Source of the DNA: Octopus sinensis
Lineage: Eukaryota
Assembly (NCBI RefSeq): GCF_006345805.1
Contig: NC_043001.1
Coordinates: forward strand, 14,818,001-14,882,000
Length of the DNA: 64,000 nucleotides
Reading direction: 5' to 3'
Positions within the stretch are counted from its first letter, which is position 1. Every line of letters starts with the position of its first letter. Made by a program: the position numbers and the translations under genes. The notes beneath the pieces were generated by a model, which had not been told where the DNA came from, did no database searches, and worked only from the letters and a program-made list of their open reading frames with translations. Shown piece after piece: positions 1 through 11,820 of this stretch.

Positions 1-25
1 AGAAAAGAACTTGTGAAATGAATTA

Positions 26-488
26 ATGGAGCAGCAAAAATGTGTGTATATATATATATATATCCACGTACATCTACACTATTCTCTTTATATACGCTTG
101 AAAAAATACAACATACATACACGCATTAATTCATACATTTTTAAATATATGCATGTATGCATATTTATACATATGTATGAATATATAATCATACGTTTGT
201 GTATATGTATGTATATTAGTATGCAAAACCTATATATATATATATGTATGTATGTGTGTGTGTGTATGTGTATATATGTATGTATATACATACATATACC
301 TGCATATATATGTGTGTTTGTATGTATATACATACTTATGTCTGCATATATATGTGTGTATATATGTGTATACACATACATGTCTGCATATATATATATA
401 TATGCGTGTGTGTATATACATACATATGTCTGCATATATATATATGTGTGTGCGTGTGTGTACGTGTATGTGTATGAGTGTGTATGTA
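26..488. repeat. Compound (TA)n/(TG)n/(TACA)n microsatellite
   Basis: Dinucleotide low complexity; overlapping ORFs are Y/I/C/V/H/T runs. Confidence 0.95.
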
Positions 489-712
489 TATGTGTGCATT
501 TGTTTGTGTGTCTGTTTGTTCCGCCAACATCGCTTGCCAACCGATGCTGGTTTGTTTACATCCCTGTCCCGTAACTTAGCGGTTTGGCATAAGACCCCGA
601 TATAATAAGTACTAGGCTTACAAAGAATCAGTGCTGGGATCGATTTGCTCGGCTAAAGGCGGTGCTCCAGCATGGCTCCAGTCAAATTACTAAAATGTAA
701 AAGAATACAAGA
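489..712 (+). mobile_element. SINE-A, 3' half
   Basis: Matches the recurring ...caacatcgcttgacaaccgatgctgg...ggcggtgctccagcatgg... tail of full copies such as 9399-9814. Confidence 0.85.
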
Positions 713-986
713 ATATATATACATACACACGCGTGTACACGTTTACCAACGTATATAGACATGGATTCTCTTTCCGCCATCTTTTCACCAACTCTCTCGT
801 ACACACACACATACATAGACGTATATACATATACGCGCATTCATGAAGAAACATACCATAAAATAGAATAATTATATCAGGAAGTATAATGAATAATGGA
901 TGATGAGTGAAGAAAAGGAAAATATAAAAGAATAAGAAAAATAACGTCAATGGATAAAGACATTTGAATAAATCATTTTCAGAAAA

Positions 987-1020
987 CTAGCAGAGATACC
1001 CGGCGTTGCTCGGGACTAAA
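987..1020 (-). mobile_element. Helitron-type 3' terminus stub
   Basis: Minus strand reads cccgagcaacgccggg hairpin, 8 nt, then CTAG|t; same end as 50063-50467. Confidence 0.55.
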
Positions 1021-1264
1021 ACTGCATACTTTTTTTTTATTAGAAATATTACATTTCTAAATATCTCAGAGATATATATGCAGTAGTGGTACGATAGAGT
1101 AAGGCGGCGTGCTGGCAGAAACGTTAGCACGCTGGGCGAAATGCATAGCCGTATTTCGTCTGCCGTTACGTTCTGAGTTCAAATTCCGCCGAGGTCGACT
1201 TTGCCTTTCATCCTTTCTGGGTCGATAAATTAAGTACCAGTTACGCACTGGGGTCGATGTAATC

Positions 1265-1846
1265 TTGGTGGATTCCTCCTTTTCGCCTTCGGCCCAGTGC
1301 GTCCATGCTGCCAACAACGCACGCGGAATTCTGTTCTTGATTCGACGGTCATTCGGAATGCTCACAGCAGCCATATTCCTACCACTCTATGTCACGCTGG
1401 TGAGACCCATATTGGAGTATGGGATTCAAGCCTCTTCTCCTTATCTCCTCAAAGACATACAGCATCTCGAAAGAGTCCAGAAGCTGGCTACCCGCATGGT
1501 TCATGGTTTCAAAAATTTGTCCTACGAAGAAAGGCTGAGGACGCTCGACCTTTATTCTCTTGAAAAACGCCGCCGCCGTGGTGATCTCATTCTCGCCCAC
1601 AACATCATAAGCGGAAAGTGTAACCTCTCGAAAGAGCTGTTCTTCACTCCTGCTCCAGAGTGTCGGCTGCGGGGTCATTCCGAAAAGCTCTACCTGCGAC
1701 GATTTCATCTCAATCGAAGGAAAGGAGCTTTCTCCGTCCGGGTTGCGGATCCGTGGAACAAGCTGCCAGACGAGATGGTGAAGATGCCGATGACCGCTTT
1801 GTTCAAAGTCTCCCTTGACCTCAAGTGGCCTGAACTCTTTACATGA
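1265..1846 (+). pseudogene. CR1 ORF2 C-terminal fragment (193 aa, uninterrupted)
   Basis: LVRPILEYG...LERVQKLATRM...SYEERLRTLDLYSLEKRRRRGDLI...FSVRVADPWNKLP, typical CR1 ORF2 C-terminus. Confidence 0.9.
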
Positions 1847-1930
1847 ACACCACCCTGTACTTAACTCCATGTCCCCCTACATGGCCTTGCTATTTGCTTT
1901 TGAGCCAAATTAACTAACTAACTAACTAAC
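1265..1930 (+). mobile_element. 5'-truncated CR1-clade LINE
   Basis: RT C-terminus, 3' UTR and (TAAC)n tail; taatc duplicated at 1260-1264 and 1931-1935. Confidence 0.9.
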
Positions 1931-2013
1931 TAATCGACTTAATCCGTTTGTCTGTCCTTGTTTGTCCCCTCTGTGTTTAGCCCCTTGTGGGTAGTAAAGA
2001 AATAGGTACGATA

Positions 2014-2360
2014 GAGTAGTTGTATACTGTCAACTTAATGTGACAGTCCCATGAAGTGAATCACACCACTGCTATTTAGCCCTAGGAAGCATCAACGCTT
2101 CCTGTCGGCCTTGACACATTTCCTGTGTCCTTATGTTTACAAGGGGAGACAAGCAAAGACTGATGACAAGCAATGACTCAGAAACTAGTCTCTGAATGCA
2201 GGCTTAGCTGGGTGGAGGTGCTTATCTTCCCTTTGTAAAAATAAGGACACAGGAAATGTGTCAAGGCCGACTGGAAGCGTTGCTGCTTCCTAGGGCTAAA
2301 TAGCAGTGGTGTGATTCCCTTCCTGGGACTGTCACATTAAGTTGACAGTATACAAGTACT
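2014..2360. mobile_element. Fold-back MITE-like element
   Basis: About 135-bp inverted arms (2014-2148 vs 2228-2360), roughly 95% identical by eye, ~80-bp spacer. Confidence 0.8.
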
Positions 2361-2890
2361 CTTTTTTTTATTGTTCTGTTTCAGTCATGTAACTGCGGCC
2401 ATGCTGGATCACCACCTCTAGTCGAACAAATTGATTCCAGCATTTATTCTTTGTAAGCCTAGTACTTTTTCTATCGGCGAATTTTGCTGAACCACTAAGT
2501 TACGGGGATGTAAACATAGCAACATCGGTTTTCAAACAAAGGTGGGAGTACAAACACACACAAATATACACATATATATTTCTTTACTACCCACAAGGGG
2601 CTAAACATAGAGTGGACAAACAAGGACAGACAAATGGATTAAGTCGATTACATCGACCCCAGTGCGTAACTGGTACTTAATTTATCAACCCCGAAAGGAT
2701 GAAAGGCAAAGTCGACCTCGGCAGAATTTGAACTCAGAATGTAACGGCAGACAAAAGACGGCTGCGCATTTCGCCTGGCGTGCTAACGGTTCTGCCAGCT
2801 CGCCGCCTTTACACATATATACGACAGTCTTCTTTCAGCTTCTGTGTACGAAATCTACTTGCAAGGCTTTGGTCAGCCCGAGGCTAGTGT
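2361..2890 (-). mobile_element. SINE-A with a SINE-B (2577-2808, minus) in its central microsatellite
   Basis: Both family consensus blocks visible. Confidence 0.8.
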
Positions 2891-3049
2891 GTGTGTGTGT
2901 GTGTGTATGTGTGTATAAGGCAAATAAGAAAATGGAGAGGATAATTAATCGACAAACATCAGCCTGTGAACATTCGTTTATATCTATTTATTAATTAATT
3001 ACAATCATTTGTATAAGTAATCAAAATAAACAAATGAAATAAGCAAATA

Positions 3050-3370
3050 GGAGCACTCCGTCAGTTGCGACGACGAGGGTCTCAGCTGATCCGATCAACG
3101 AACAGCCTGCTCGTGAAATTAACGTGCAAGTGGCTGAGCACTCCACAGACACGTGTACCCCTAACGTAGTTCTCAGGGAGATTCAGTGTGACACAGAGTG
3201 TGACAAGGCCGGCCCTTTGAAATACAGGTACAGCTCATTTTTGCCACCTGAGTAAACTGGAGTAACGTGAAATAAAGTGTCTTGCTCTAGGACACAATGC
3301 GTTGCCGGGAATCGAACTCATGACCTTACAATCGTGAGCTGAATGCTCTAACCACTAAACCACGTGTCTT
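3050..3370 (-). mobile_element. tRNA-headed SINE carrying the SINE-D tail-a on a different body
   Basis: Tail matches 42181-42365; body reads gtgtcctagagcaagacactttatttcacg on minus. Confidence 0.75.
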
Positions 3371-3825
3371 CACAAATAAGCAAATAAACTGTAAATAAAT
3401 ACATAAATAATAATAAATAAATGAATAAGAATAAATGAGTGAACAAATACTAAACTCTTACAGCTGTTTCTAACATGGGGTTGCCCAATCTGCCCAGTTT
3501 TCCACATCACACCAGTAATATATAGGGATTGCATAAAGATTGAACAGACATTGGACAGGGGTTGGACAATGACTGAGCCCCAAAGCTTCCTCAGAGAGAC
3601 CATAATGTTAAGAATCTAACATTGATTATCCTCTCCATTTTCTTATTTGCCTTATAAATTCTGGGTAAATTTTTGTTTTATCCCCAGTCATACCTAGTAT
3701 TCAATTGCGATATTGCCCTACAATAGTAAGCACTTGGATATAAATACTTAGGAATACATCCAGTAGTAGATTGGATATTTATTATCCCTTAGATTGTTGA
3801 TTAACCTCTCATACAGACACATATA

Positions 3826-4012
3826 TATATGATTGACCGCTAGCCACTAAAATTTTTCATTCTCTCTCTGTTTATTTTTTCATGTAACTTTCTGCTGAAG
3901 AGCTTAGGCTCGAAATATAAAAGACTTTCTCACCTTCCTGAGCATTAGACTTATACACCTGTTCGATGTTTATACACCTGTCTTTGTTTTTTGTTTATTT
4001 TTGTAAATTCCA
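3826..4012 (+). mobile_element. Short pyrimidine-rich element with hammerhead-like motif (Penelope pLTR/retrozyme-like)
   Basis: Contains the motif at 3888-3923; shares ttcctgagcat downstream with 8758-8930. Confidence 0.5.
3888..3923 (+). ncRNA. Degenerate minimal type-I hammerhead ribozyme
   Basis: cttt-CTGCTGA-A-GAGC ttag GCTC-GAA-ATAT-A-aaag; stems I and II pair, palindromic stem III; core A6 replaced by C. Confidence 0.45.
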
Positions 4013-4089
4013 ACTATATATGTGTGTGTGTGTGCGTGCATGTGTACATATATATATGTATATCTATATATACATATAATATACATATA

Positions 4090-4123
<34 letters not shown>

Positions 4124-4204
4124 CATATATATATATACATACATACATATATATACATACATATACATACATATATACATACATGTATACATATATATAT
4201 ATAC

Positions 4205-4249
<45 letters not shown>

Positions 4250-4332
4250 CATACATATATACATATATATACATATACATATATATACATACATGTATAT
4301 ACACACACGCACACACACACAAACACACACAT
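4013..4332. repeat. (TA)n/(TACA)n/(CA)n microsatellite
   Basis: Direct inspection. Confidence 0.95.
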
Positions 4333-4473
4333 GCAGGAAGTAAATAGACACCTTTAATTTTCAAAATTTCTGATCTAAGCATCTTAATATGTTTTCAGAG
4401 GTGTAGAATTTACAATGTAATTATTCTTTTTCATTCCAGGTACTATTATATTACACATTTGCGAAGAGTAACC

Positions 4474-5256
4474 ATGCCATGCACAAAAAATTCTGCAGAA
4501 CTGTCAGATTTTCAAAAAAGTCATATTGTTGGGCAATCTGAGGCTGGTCTTTGCCAGCGAAAAATTGCCAAAAATCTTCAAATTCCTCTTGCTACTGTTA
4601 ATAGAATTATAGTGCAATTCAAAAGACAAGGAAAAGAATCAACAGATTCTCATCCCAGCCGAACTAGGCCCTCAGAAAGGAAGCTTCACTGTTTGAAGAG
4701 AATTGTGGAAAACGAACCCCGTTCGAAGGCTTCTGACATTGCAAAACAGCTAGAAGTTAGTCCAAGAACATGTGTTACATATCTACATAAGCTTGGGTAT
4801 TATGGACGAGCAGCTAGAAGAAAACCTCTCCTTCAATCAATTAATATCATGAAAAGAAAGAAAGAAATGGGCTAAGGAGATGTCAGAAAAATCCAGTTCA
4901 TTTTGGGATAGAGTGATTTTCTCAAATGAATCCAGATTTGCCTTATTTTAAGGAAGTGGACGAGTTTGGGTCAGGGGGCTTCCCAATCAAGAACTTGATT
5001 TGAAATGACTCCAACCAATTGTGAAACATGGCGGTATCACTGTAATGGTATGGGGAGCTGTCACCAGCAATGGTCGTTCTCAGCTGATCGAATGTGTTGG
5101 CACCATAAACTCTGAAAAATACATCGAAATACTTAAGCAAGGACTACTTCCAATGTATTCATACAATAACAAAACGAAAAATGAGTTTTTATTCATGGAA
5201 GACGAGGCTCCAAGCCACGTAGCAAAAAGGAATCAACAATGGCTGACTGAAAATGG
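4474..5256 (+). pseudogene. Tc1-family transposase, frameshifted and 3'-truncated
   Basis: HTH region, GRAARRKPLL, VIFSNESRF (first catalytic D mutated to N), VKHGGITVMVWGA, FMEDEAPSH; stops and frameshift; ends at an RTE-UTR fragment. Confidence 0.9.
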
Positions 5257-5352
5257 GATCAGATTGGATGCCTGGTGCAGCCTCCTGACTTGCCAGTCCT
5301 CAGTCAAACTGTCCAACCGATGCCAGCATGGAAAATGGACGTTATATGATGC

Positions 5353-5395
<43 letters not shown>
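5257..5395 (+). mobile_element. RTE LINE 3' UTR fragment with (GAT)n tail
   Basis: Matches 36080-36190 in the opposite orientation. Confidence 0.8.
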
Positions 5396-5882
5396 GCATA
5401 ACCAAAACCCCACAACAAAACAAACTGATGCAGTACTCCAACAGAAGGAGTTTATACTCCCCCAATCCTCATGAAAATAAGAATACAAGGCTGCATATAC
5501 CTCAGAAACAGGGAAGTGCACCCAGTGGTGCAGTAGAAACTCGCATAAAACTACCAAAGAAACATATTGTTAATCACTATATTCCTATATCAGTATAAAT
5601 TAAATTTGCAGACGCCAGTGGATATTTGTCACTGATGACACTTAAAAGAAGCAGAAATCTGGATTTAGCAATTCCACAATTCCACCATCACCGAGCCAGA
5701 ACTGAATCGGATATAAGGAGGTCCTTCAACTTCAGGAAAGCAGCTTGTTCTGATTCACCCCACTCTTTTTGATTGCTACTGTTATAGTTTTGTGCCTTTT
5801 AGCACTATACTCTGGCTTTCTACAGCATATCCACATTATGTAGTATATACAGAATGCAATAATAATAATAATAATAGTAATA

Positions 5883-5919
<37 letters not shown>

Positions 5920-5922
<3 letters not shown>

Positions 5923-6447
5923 CAGACAGTGGCTCTCATGGCTTCTGATCTTAACTGATTGGAAGTGTTATCATGTACATTGTTTTGTCTTGGTATAAAA
6001 GATGGTCTACAGCAAATATTCTGCTCAATACCACAGATTTACTTGTCAGTTGTTTGACCTTAACCAGTTGACCATGTCCCTTAGTGGCTGACAATATGTG
6101 CATCTCTGATCATGAGCAGAAGTAGTGGGGGAGCATCATAGCCATGTGTTGAGAGGGATTCTTGGAGGTTTGGATAAGTCACCTTTGGAAACCTGGGTCC
6201 TTAAACAGTCCTTATTCAGGGACCTTTTGAGCGGAATGGGCTACTTGACCAGAAGAAAATTCTAACTGGGCCTCATCTGCAAGGTCATGTGCTGTTTATC
6301 TTGATATGTGATCACCATGTCGCGCACATATGGTTGTGATGCATGTGCCTGGTGTATCCTTATCAGACGGGTAGTCATGATGAGTATACTGGGCTTCATA
6401 TATTTTATCCCAGTGTCACTTTGATGGCATGCACTGCTCTCTCACTC

Positions 6448-6448
<1 letters not shown>
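5920..6448. mobile_element. Unclassified ~530-bp element embedded in (AAT)n
   Basis: Complex non-coding sequence with (AAT)n directly abutting both ends. Confidence 0.5.
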
Positions 6449-6490
<42 letters not shown>

Positions 6491-6505
6491 GTAATAATAA
6501 TAATA

Positions 6506-6556
<51 letters not shown>

Positions 6557-6664
6557 GTAACAACAGCAGCAATAAGGCATCTAAGGTTACTTGGAGCCTG
6601 ATGCTAGGAATTCTTTTTCCAACACTTTAATGTACTGTACATATATGAAATAACAACAACAATA

Positions 6665-7519
6665 ATAATAGTTTCAAATTTTGGCACAAGGCCTGAAATT
6701 TTTTTGGTGGTGGGAGGAGACTAGTCGATTACATCGACCCCAGTGTTTCACTGGTACTTAATTTATCGACCCTGAAAGGATGAAAGGCAAAGTCGACTTT
6801 GGCAGCATTTGAACTAAGAATGTAAAGTCGGTAAAAATGCTGCAAAGCATTTTGTCCGGCTTGGTAACAATTCCTGTCAGCTCAACGGTCTTGTTGGTAA
6901 AATAATCTTTTCTACTCTAGGCACAAGGCCCAAAATGTTTGGGGGGAGCGGGGATGGGGGGCAGTCTATTAGATCAACCCCAGTATGCAACTGGTATTTA
7001 ATTTATCGACCACATAAAGATGAAAATTAAAGTCGACCTTAGCAGAATTTGAACTCAGAATGTAAAGACAAATGAAATACCAATAAGCATTTCGCTCGGT
7101 GTGCTTACGATTCTTATTTCTTTATTGCCCTCAAGGGGCTAAACACAGAGGGGACAAACAAGGACAGACAAAGGGATTAAGTCAATTACATCGACCCCAG
7201 TGCGTAACTGGTACTTAATTTATCGACTCTGTAAGGATGAAAGGTAAAGTCGACCTTGGTAGAATTTGAACTCAGAATGAAATACCTATTTCTTTACTAC
7301 CCACAAGGGGTTAAACACAGAGAGGACAAACAAGGACAGACAAACGGATTAAGTCGACTATATCGACCACAGTGTGTTACTGGTACTTAATTTATTGACC
7401 ATGAAAGGATCAAAGGCAAAGTCAACCTCGGCGGAATTTGAACTCAGAACATAACGGCAGACGAAATACCGCTTAAGCATTTTGCCCGGTGTGCTAACAT
7501 TTCTGCCAGCTCGCTGCCC
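6665..7519 (-). mobile_element. SINE-B cluster; 6907-7519 is a trimer
   Basis: Four B cores; 16-bp direct repeat ttgttggtaaaataat at 6891-6906 and 7520-7535. Confidence 0.85.
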
Positions 7520-7588
7520 TTGTTGGTAAAATAATGCAGCAATTATACAGTGCAGGTTAAATTAGAGTAACATTCCGATACGAAACAT

Positions 7589-7819
7589 TACTCTTTTACT
7601 TGTTTCAGTCATTTGACTGTGGCCATGCTGGAGCACCACCTTTAGTCGAGCAAATCGACCCCAGGACTTATTCTTTGTAAGCTTAGTACTTATTCGATCA
7701 GTCAATTTTGCCGAACCGCTAAGTTACAGGGACATAAACACACCAGCATCGGTTGTCAAGCGATGTTGGTGGTGGTGGTGGGGGGGCAAACACAGACACA
7801 CAAACATATACACACACAT

Positions 7820-7877
<58 letters not shown>

Positions 7878-8037
7878 CGGGCTTCTTTCAGTTTCCGTCT
7901 ACCAAATCCACTTACAAGGCTTTGGTCGGGCCAAGGCTATAGTAGAAGATACTTGCCCAAGGTGCCACACGGTGGGACTGAACCCGGAACCATGTGGTTG
8001 GTAAGCAAGCTACTTACCACACAGCCACTCCTACGCC
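7589..8037 (-). mobile_element. SINE-A full length
   Basis: Head, ccttgggcaagt block, microsatellite spacer and tail all present. Confidence 0.9.
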
Positions 8038-8582
8038 ATATCATTATTTAGAACACTCGAAGCAAAGCTTGTATAAATGTATTTTGAAAATGTATACCGA
8101 TATGTCGATTAGATCGTTTATATTGCAAATATATCATTGATATGTTTTTGTTTCTGTGTCAATGGAATAACATGTGTTGTCGAATGAAATGTATGCAAAT
8201 AGATAAATAAAGAGGCATCGGTAAAGAGAAACGTCATATGAGGTTAGGTGCAATTAAACCTGCAGAAATTATTCTGTCGAGGCTAGACCAAAGGTTAATG
8301 CCTAGATGGTAGAGATAGAATGAAATGAGATAGCAAAGTAACAGCTCATGCATAATTGTTGCTTGTACGAGACTCAGGAATGGGGAGACGTATCTGTAAG
8401 GGGTTGAGGAATGCACCGAGCAAACGAAAATAGCTTTTTGCCTGGTTAATATAGAGAATAAAAAAATAAAAAAAAGTCTCAGAAGACTTTTAGATTCTGA
8501 ATGTCTATGATAATGTTCTCGACAATTATGAATCTAAATTGTTGACTGCTCAAGATACTATATGTATATATCTATATATATG

Positions 8583-8930
8583 CACAGGCGTGGTTGTATG
8601 TTAAGAAGCTTGCTTCCCAACCACATGGTTCCGGGTTCAGTCTCACTGCATGGCACCTTGGCTAAGTGTCTTCTACTAGAGCATCAAGCTGATTAAAGCT
8701 TTGTGAGTGGATTTGACAGATGAAAACTGAAAGAATCCCGACTGCATGTGTATCAGTAGCAGTTTTTTTTTCCTCTGTCTTCCCTTCCTTGGATCTTTCC
8801 TTTTCCTATGTTTCTGACGAAGAGCTCCGCTCGAAACGTTAAATCCTCCTTCTTTCTTTCCTTTCCTGAGCATCCAGTAACACTATACTTGTTCCACATC
8901 CTCTCATTGTTGTGTTTTCTCGTTTGCATT

Positions 8931-8980
<50 letters not shown>

Positions 8981-9190
8981 GTTTGTGTGTCTGTTTTTGT
9001 TCCCCACACCATTGCTTGACAACAAAACGTTGGTGTGTTTACATCCCCATAACTTAGCGGTTTGGCAAAAGTGCCCAATAGAATAAGTACAAGGCTTACA
9101 AAGAATAAGTCCTGGGGTTGATTTGTTCGACTAAAGGAGGTACTCCAGCATGGCCACAATCAAACGACTGAAACAAGTAAGAGAATAAAA
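8583..9190 (+). mobile_element. SINE-A with a hammerhead-bearing insert (8758-8930) in its spacer
   Basis: 5' half 8583-8755, 3' half 8980-9190. Confidence 0.85.
8810..8844 (+). ncRNA. Minimal type-I hammerhead ribozyme candidate
   Basis: gttt-CTGACGA-A-GAGC tcc GCTC-GAA-ACGT-T-aaat; intact CUGANGA/GAAA core, palindromic stem III, GUU triplet. Confidence 0.65.
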
Positions 9191-9398
9191 AAATATACAA
9201 GTGGGGGAGGGAAGGAAGGTCGACAGTAAGTATCGCATCAATTTTATAATACTTAATACTTAATTAAAATTATTGGCACATTTAATTAGTTAGCCTCATT
9301 TTAGATATTTTCAGTGTCATTAATCATAATGATATATTTATCATAACTATAACAATACTATTATCGTCCCCTTTTAATCGTTTTTGATAAAAATAAAT

Positions 9399-9814
9399 AG
9401 GCGCAGGAATGGCTGTGTAGTAAGTAGCTTGCTTACCAACCACATGGCTCTGGGTTCAGTCCCACTGCGTGGCACCTTGGGCAAGTGTCTTCTACTATAG
9501 CCTCGGGCCGACCAAAGCCTTGTGAGTGGATTTGGCAGACGGAAACTGAAAGAAGCCCGTCGTATATATGTATATATATATGTATGTATGTGTGTATATG
9601 TTTGTGTGTCTGTGTTTTTTCCCCCCCAATATTCCTTGACAACCGATGCTGGTGTGTTTACGTCCCCGTAACTTAGCGGTTCGGCAAAAGAGACCGATAG
9701 AATAAGTACTAGGCTTACAAAGAATAAGTCTTGGGGTCGATTTGCTCGACTAAAGGCGGTGCTCCAGCATGGTCGCAGTCAAATGACTGAAGCAAGTAAA
9801 AGAGCAAAAGAGAG
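9399..9814 (+). mobile_element. SINE-A full length
   Basis: A-box-like tggctgtg..gg, B-box-like gggttcagtccc, CORE-like ccttgggcaagt, spacer, gtaaaagag tail. Confidence 0.92.
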
Positions 9815-9878
9815 TATTGTACGTGTTTTCTTTTTCCTAACTCTTTACCTACTTATTCGCCATCCTGTGTGTGTATGT

Positions 9879-9921
<43 letters not shown>

Positions 9922-10752
9922 GTGCTTATAACAATACAATATGATTACAGCATTTTGTTGTAAAAATAACTTTTTTGGGTAACACCGCAAATATTTCCAA
10001 CAAAAAAATTACACAGCCCTAATATTTTTATTGTTAACATTCATCAGATTCATGTCTACAACTCAGTGAAATTATTATTATTATTATTATTATTATTTTT
10101 TATCTTACAATTATTATATTACCATCGTTTTTGTTCCACGCACTCACTCACTTACCCATTCTAACTCACCCCCCTCTTCAAAGTTCAAGAACATTCTTTT
10201 TGTCACTTCTTTGTTTGACGCATCGAAGGCTACAAAATACGACTACTGTTTCACGCCGTCTCTCTGTGTTTCCATAACCAGATGTTAAGAACTTTCCTTT
10301 ATAATCATACTTCTGCTGCTCTTACCGCCACCCAGTTTGTTTTTTCTATAAAAAGAAAAAAATATATTCTGCTGTATTTCTTTTGAGTTCGGTATCAAGT
10401 TTCATTTGAAAATACCAGAAACAGATATATATATATAACGTAGGATTTTGAAGAGAATTCAGGTTATGATTAACCCCGTTCTTTTATATGTCAGACACTT
10501 GCAGAACATGGAACATGGAACAACTGGGTTATTGTTTGAATTTCTTGAAAGAATCAGAAGTTTATGAGTTCTAAAACTTATGATTTATTAGATTGGCGAC
10601 AGTCAACGCTTCCAATTCGCAAAGTCTTGTACGTAGTCTTATAAACTTCTGCATTTTCTTATTCGCTTCTATATAGCTTTATAGTTTTATACTTAAAGCT
10701 ATTTCTTCCCCGCCCCTGTACAATTTTGTACATCTGCGTCTACGATAAGACT

Positions 10753-11290
10753 GAGAGCTGGCAGAAACGTTAGCATGCGGGGCGAAATGCTTAGTGGTAT
10801 TTCGTCTACCGCTACTTTCTGAGTTCAAATTCCCCCGAGGTCGACTTTGCCTTTCATCCTTTCGGGCTCGATAAATTAAGTACCAGTTACGCACTGGGGT
10901 TGATGTAATCGACTTAATCCCTTTGTCTGTCCTTGTTTGTCTCCTCTATGTTTAGCCCCTTGTGGGTAGTAAAGAAATTGGTATTTCGTCTGCTGTTACG
11001 TTCTGAGTTCAAATTCTGCCGAGGTCGACTTTGCCTTTCATCCTTTCGCGGTCGATAAATTAAGTACCGGTTACGTACTGGAGTCGATGTAATTGACTTA
11101 ATCCCTTTGTCTGTCCTTGTTTGTCCCCTCTGTGTTTAGCCCCTTGTGGGTAGTAAAGAAATAAGAATCGTCAGCAGGCCAGGCAAAATGCTGTACAGCA
11201 TTTGGTCTGTCGTTACGTTCTGAGTTCAAATTCCACCGAAGTTGGATTTGCCTTTTATTTTTTGGGGTCGATAAAATAAGTTCCAGTTGA
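10753..11290 (+). mobile_element. SINE-B trimer
   Basis: One head followed by three cores joined after gtagtaaagaaat. Confidence 0.85.
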
Positions 11291-11395
11291 GGGAGTTTTG
11301 TGGTTGGGGTCACTGCATGCTGAAATCTTTAAAAGAAATTTTTAATGTAGCATATAGATATTATTTGTGGCGCTAAATCAGAATTTGTCATTCAT

Positions 11396-11614
11396 TTACT
11401 CTTTTACTTGTTTCAGTCATTTGACTGCAGCCATGCTGGAGCACCGCCTTTAGTCGAGCAAATCGACTCCAGGACTTATTCTTTGTAAGCCTAGTACTTA
11501 TTCCATCGGTCTCTTTTGCCGAACCACTAAGTTACGGGGATGTAAACACACCAGCATCGGTTGTCAAGCTATGTTGGGGGGACAAACACAGACACACAAA
11601 CATATACACACACG

Positions 11615-11646
<32 letters not shown>

Positions 11647-11820
11647 TACATATATACGATGAGCTTCTTTCAGTTTCCGTCTACCAAATCCACTCACAAG
11701 GCTTTGGTCGGCCCGAGGCTATAGTAGAAGACACTTGCCCAAGGTGCCACACAGTGGGACTGAACCCGGAACCATGTGGTTGGTAAGCAAGCCACTTACC
11801 ACACAGCCACTCCTATGCCT
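11396..11820 (-). mobile_element. SINE-A full length
   Basis: Family consensus. Confidence 0.9.

Larger units (their letters stand above)
1102..2004 (+). mobile_element. SINE-B (tail a), split by a CR1 insertion
   Basis: tRNA-like head (tggcagaaacgttagc; gagttcaaattcc) and central gcctttcatcctttc.gggtcgataaattaagtacc block; 14-bp TSD ggtacgatagagta at 1088-1101 and 2005-2018. Confidence 0.9.

Noticed and set aside
26-605. Cluster of long ORFs rich in Y/I/C/V/H/T (also at 3970-4382, 35407-35854, 48380-48726, 56918-57451)
   Set aside because: Translations of dinucleotide microsatellites that lack stops; no domain content
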